Below are positions 1-64,000 of a stretch of 64,000 nucleotides of DNA, piece by piece. Origin of the DNA: Paraspadella gotoi (taxonomy: Eukaryota > Animalia > Chaetognatha). The position numbers and the translations under genes are program-made. The notes under the pieces were generated by a model. That model worked only from the letters and a program-made list of their open reading frames with translations, was not told where the DNA came from and did not search any database. The number at the start of each line of letters is the position of its first letter. Position 1 is the stretch's first letter. The stretch lies in NCBI GenBank assembly GCA_051294375.1, contig CM119265.1:606457-670456 (forward strand), read 5' to 3'.

Positions 1-1886
1 TAACTTTAATATTAATTAAAAATAAGATTTTTTTGTAAAATTAAGTATATTGAACAGAAATAATTACATGAAAATTATATCTTAAAAATTGTTAATTAAT
101 TTTGATTAAAATGTATTTTCAAAAGTTATTTTAATATCTTATAATCTTTAAAATATTTATACTTTTTCAAACTTGATAATTTTATAATTGTTAAAAAAAT
201 ATTATAATTTTACATATTTTTTGCAGAAGAATTATTTTATTAACACAACGAAATTTATTAATAAATGCAGATATGTTTCAAACAGTACTTCTTCAGTTTG
301 AAATACAAATTGGTTAAGGGTTCCGCGTACAAACGTTGCATTTAGGAAAAAAAACGACTCTTTCCACTATTGTTCAGTTGTAACTTTACAATGTTGATTA
401 ACTTGTACCACAACACAAATTAGGCCGAACGAAGGATTGGTTAAAAACATCTCCACCAATTTCTAATGATAAAATAGTACCATTTTGGCAATTTTTAGCC
501 AAAAAAATTATGTCCATTTTTGTCCATTTTTACTTACGACTTCTGATTTGAATGCCAAGGAAAGTTGAGAAAATTTTTTACTTTGGAAATCCGTTCTTTC
601 TTATCTTCTTTACCTCTGGGTAAATTTATTAGCTTAAATCATTTATAGTTTGCCTATAAATTAATTTTAAAGTTAACAAGTCAAAAAGTTGGAGTTTCAG
701 TCTTTATCATAATTTGTTAAACAAAAATAAATCAAATTGGTTGAAATTAACAGAAAATGTAGCCTATTGAATAAGCTTTTAACACCTATAAAATTATCAA
801 AAAAAACTTTTCTGGTTTAGCCACAAATAATTTTAAAGACGTCTTTTAATTTGTGACTTTTTGTGACTTGCATTTATTTTTGATAAAGAGAATATTTTCA
901 ACTCATTTATTAGTTTTAAAAGATGAGGTACATACTGACCTTGATTAATCAAAAAAAACCGCATCTTTTTAATCCACTGGAAAGCATCAGGACTTGTTTT
1001 TTCTCAAAATCGACAGATTTTTGGCGAAAAATTTTCCGCAAAATCTGTCGATTTACTAAATTTGCTAGGCAACCAAAATTGAAAGAAAAATCATGCGCTA
1101 ACACATCATTTTTTTCTTATAATGCTTATTAAAGAATTTCTTTGATTTGGCTCAATGTAAATGTAGTGAGAGTGAAGACGAAAGGAAAAACTATAAAAGA
1201 GAAGGGGAGAGAATGAAAGAGAGGGTGAAAGGCAAAAAAGAAAGGCAAATGGGGAAAAAATAGTGAAACAATTGTAAGGTAAGAAAAGAGGGGAAAATGG
1301 AAAGAAAAAGTGGGGAAAAAAAGGGAAAGAATGAAAATGAGAAAAAAGGTGAGGAAAGTGCATGAGTGACCGAAAAAGGTAGGGGCCAAAAAAATGGTAA
1401 GTGACAGCGGCAGGAGAAGTAGGAGGAAAGAGAAGAGGAAAATATAAAGTAGAGAGAAGAAAAGAGGTGAAGAAAAATTATCAGGAAAAGCGTATGAAAG
1501 AAAAAAAATTGTATCAGATAATGTGGCGTCTTACCTAAAATCTTTTGTGTCAGTAAAAGACATGAAGATTCTTATAAGGAATTCGATCTTTGAAAATCAT
1601 CTGTACCATAAAAATTCAAGCATACTTTTTTCTAAAGTTAAGCAGTTAATGAGATTAGATTGACAAGCATTGAAGAAATCATGTCTTACCGTATTTTTAA
1701 CTCATAGAAATTTACATGGGAAGTTCTAAGTAATAAGAAGGAGATAACTTGAGACTACCGTTTTTTTAAATGAAGAAAGCTTCGTACTAACCAATGAGAT
1801 CAAGAAATATGGTAATTATTGAAGTTCAGATTCGTTGTCTAAAAGACACCGATTGTATGCGAAACCTAAGTTCAAAAATTGCGTGA

Positions 1887-1940
<54 letters not shown>

Positions 1941-2292
1941 CCAACGTAGATTTGAGGGAAAGGTAAGTTCGAAGGTGAGGACAGCTTAGGTTAAACTAAG
2001 ATTGAGGGACAAAGTTGAAAAGAAATGAAAGGTCAATCAAAGATAATAACAGATACAAAGGTAATAAATTAAGAGTTTACATTTAAAGTTTTAAACAATG
2101 TCTAACGAATTTAAATGCGTCAATAAATTGCTTAATAATAAATTAAATACAGAAACAAGTCTGCATTTAATAGTAAATTTGGTTGTGTTAATCAAATTTT
2201 TTTGGGCTAATTTAAACCACAGACAAAAAGAAGGGAAAACTAACAATTTTATATATTATAAAATATTTTAAAATTCTATTTTTTCTTTTAAG

Positions 2293-4115
2293 TTTGAATT
2301 TGAGGTCCGTGGAAACCACAACTGCAAGCATCGACCTCTCGCGGCCAAAGAAGGAGATTTCCGCGTTCTTATTCTCTACGAAAATCCCGAACGAAAAATC
2401 AAAGAAGCTGTGCTTATGCAGCTTCCCTCAGAAACGCACTTCGAAGTCTGGCAACAACAGCTGCAACGCATGGAAGACCTTAATCAAATTCAAATCAACA
2501 GTCTGGTGGATCCAGTAGCCGCTAGTGCCAACTGGCTGGAAGTTATGGAACCCAGGCTGTTCCTTTCAAGTTCGCAGGCCTCGTTTAGAGCGAGCGGAGA
2601 ATTCAGGGCAACGATGAGCGAGGCCAATATGGGTAATATATCATTGACGTTTAGTCAAATAACGAGGGTAAATAATAAGTGAAGGCATGTATCAGGTTGA
2701 AAATAGTTTTATTAATGACGGACAATGATTAAGGTGATGACAAAGGTAACGATGACAAAGGTTACAAAAAAGGTGATGACAATATTAAACGGTTCAATAT
2801 TTATTTGAAAAAGGGCTCTTTCTTGAGTTTGGATGTTTTGGTGAATTCCTAGAGTTCCCTGAGCAATCCCGACCGTCGATCCCTCCGTCGGTTCCTTTGT
2901 CGGTCATTGGTCAATCTAAGATTGAAGTAGGGTCTGTGATTCGTCGGAATTCGGATGATTCGTGAAGAAGACGAGCAATCACTTCACAAAGCCAACCAAG
3001 TCCGTCTATAGTCTATTTATTTAAAATTTACATTCTGTAAAAACATTTACTGTTTTTTTGTGCAACCACAGGGGTAGAAATTAAAAATTAAAATTAAAAA
3101 TCTTAAGTGGTAGTAAAATGAGTTTTTTTTTCTACAAATTAATCTAATCAATTATTTAATTATTTAAACTTCAAAGGATCGATAGACAGACTACAGAGGA
3201 ACCAGTCTCATGCTTCATTCAATTTCGGGTCTCAGACTTCAGTGGAAAAACTCATAAACAAACCAGAGTTTAAGGTCTGGATTTTTTTATAAAAAGTTTA
3301 ATAACCTAATAGATAATAATTTAGATATTTAATTGGTTATTATTTTGCGATTTTTTTTTTTTAATTTTAATAAAATCAAAATATAAGTTAGAATAAAATA
3401 TTTGGAATATTTTTTTATTATTTTCAAAGAAATTTTTCAATCTATTCCTTTTCCTTAAAAATCAGTTCGACGTTTCTATCCTTCACGACCGTCGTTGCGT
3501 CCCCGTTGCTATGACACTCTGGGATCTTCTGACCAAAGAAGGTCACCGCGTTTGGATCGACACGAGCCTCTCCCGATTGGCCGAGCGTCAGGATCTGGAC
3601 CAATCAGCGGCCGCCATTTCGTCTTCAGAAACGATCGTCTCATTCCTGACGTCGTCATTGGCGAATCTTCACCGCGAGACCGAGATTAAATTCGCGACGT
3701 CAACAGGAAAATCTTTGCTTCTCTTCAGAACAAATAAAAATGATTTGAGTCCAACGATGAAAGTCTTAAGAGAAAAGAACAAAAATGTTTGTGTCCCAAT
3801 TGATTTAATTTTAGATGAACCGACCGCGGTGGTTAATGAAGCGAAGAACATATTCGATCTCTGCAAACTTAAGGGGAGTGTTTATTTAAGGATGAGGGTA
3901 TTAAAAAAATATTAAAAGTTTACAAATGAAGTATTAACAAATGTAAATTTTTAGAAGTAATTAACCTTTGGCTTTACATAATGATACTGAATAATATCAA
4001 TTATAAGGGCGTCTAAGTTTAAAGTATTAGATGTATTTAAAAATAATTTCTTTTGATAAAAATAGTTAATAAAATGTCCATGAATTAGTTGATTTATACT
4101 AATATTAATAATAAC

Positions 4116-4178
<63 letters not shown>

Positions 4179-4670
4179 TATTAATAATAAATTTATTTAT
4201 CTGTAAGCTTAAATTTAAAGCAACTTATTAAAAAAGCTTATTTTTAAGCCCAATCTAATTTTTGTTGTGCCCTTTTAAACTTCAGGCAGTAGATGGCCCT
4301 TACTCAACAAGGACAAAAATTTAATAATATTATAACTTCAATACATCTGTAATCTTTCACCATCTATATTCAATTTTTCTCCCATCTCGAATCTTGCAGA
4401 TGTTTGAAAAACGACACAACAAATCCCCGCGATGCTGGACGGAATCCCAAACTCGTTGTTGGCTAATGGAGTCGAGACTACAGCAGCTGGAGTCGATCCT
4501 GAAGACTGGAAAGGAGCTCCACCTCTTGGCCGAGGAGTGGGGGAGAAGCCCAACCACTATGAGGAGGTGGTTGGCGGAGGAGGTGGAAAGGAAGGTGGGA
4601 GAGGAGGAGGCAAAGCAGTTGGTGGAAAGATTTGCTTCTGCCCTTTACTTGTTGTATCCTAATGTTGTGG

Positions 4671-4675
<5 letters not shown>
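2293..4675 (+). CDS. TIR-domain protein with C-terminal SAM-like domain (5' end unresolved)
   Basis: Phase-consistent GT-AG exons 2293-2632, 3177-3274, 3466-3897, 4400-4675(TGA). The 3466 exon reads FDVSILH...AMTLWDLLTKEGHRVWID...AAAISSSETIVSFLT...RETEIKFATSTGKSLL, a TIR pattern with the catalytic-position Glu. The last exon PRCWTESQTRCWL...LKTGKELHLL resembles SAM. The 3897 donor is a best guess. Confidence 0.7.
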
Positions 4676-4731
<56 letters not shown>

Positions 4732-5149
4732 GAGAGCGGGAAGGAGGAGAGAGGGAGTGAGAGAGGAGAAAGAGAGAGGAAAGGAGGAAAATAGGAGGGA
4801 AGAAAAGGGAAAGAGGGAGGGAAGAGAAAGGAAGGGTGAGAAAAAAGGCAAAGAAAGTGAAGTAGTTTATTAATTAAACGTTGAATAATATTAATAAGAT
4901 GTATCAACTTGTTTAAATGATTTTTGGACAAAGATATAATTTCACCAATAAACCGAAAGTCTAGAGTGAATGACATAAAAGCATCAATTCAATATTTATA
5001 AATATTTAATTTAATTAATAAATGGATTTCCTTTTCTTTTTATTATTTTTTAATGGGCGATTGCTTGTCATATTTGGTGGTGGACAAATTTGCTTGGTTA
5101 TTGGTTACAATTTATTCATTGATTTATTTCTCCCTCTTTCTTTATCTCC

Positions 5150-5219
<70 letters not shown>

Positions 5220-5763
5220 CTCTCTCTATTTTTCTTTCTTTCTTTCTTTCATTCTTTTTTCACTGGTAGTCTTATTTTGTAAATTTATTTTATTGAAAAT
5301 TTCTAACTCATTTCTTTATTCTGTCACAGCTTTGCTCAACAAATATTTATTTACAAACTAAAGAAAAAAAAGTACCTATCAATCTTTTAAATATCAACAT
5401 TAATAACTTTTTGCTACATAAAACCGGAAACAATTCATCATCAAAACTTTAAAAAAAATTCAAAAGTGAATTAAACAAAAAAATGAAACGAATAAAAAAT
5501 ATTTTAAAAAAACTAACGAATTAGGATTAAATTAATAAAAAAAATTAATAAAAACGAAAAAGAAAAAAAAATCAAAATTTTTTGTATCAAAAATCGAATT
5601 CGAATTTTTTACGTCGAAAGTTGACGAAAAACGACGACGACAACAACAACGAGGAAAACGAAAAAACAACAACAGCAACAACAACAACAATATCAACAAC
5701 AACAACAACAACAACAACTCTGCTTCCGGACTAAATTCGTCTTAAGAAAAACAAAGGATCGTC

Positions 5764-63949
<58,186 letters not shown>

Positions 63950-64000
63950 GTGAGCAAAAAATTTTCATGTGGATTCAACTTAGATTAAATATTATATTTA

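Overview
AT-rich, microsatellite-rich invertebrate (metazoan) genomic DNA with spliceosomal introns; most ORF-track entries are (CT/AG)n artefacts. A discoidin domain receptor tyrosine kinase (DDR) gene on + spans most of the window (probable signal-peptide exon 5764/5953-6136, discoidin exons from 23487, TM exon 52130-52260, kinase running off the right edge). Two antisense genes are nested in DDR introns. The most notable (40829-47915, minus, 13 phase-consistent exons, >=1254 aa) encodes ankyrin repeats, an IRE1-type kinase with intact catalytic motifs, a KEN/HEPN ribonuclease with all catalytic residues and a C-terminal coiled coil, i.e. an RNase L-like architecture in an invertebrate. The second (30649-34894, minus) is a 233-aa secreted prepro-protein with VWC-like Cys modules. 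A TIR + SAM-like gene lies upstream (2293-4675). Mobile DNA includes a young TRIM with tRNA-like LTRs, two solo-LTR-like elements with 4-bp TSDs, a hammerhead-ribozyme fold-back insertion with a 13-bp TSD, and HINE/Helentron-like repeats. Two multi-kb inverted duplications beside 25-N gaps each have one indel-riddled arm and are probably assembly artefacts or haplotype mis-joins. Several tandem arrays duplicate DDR splice junctions. All domain calls are by-eye motif recognition, not database searches.
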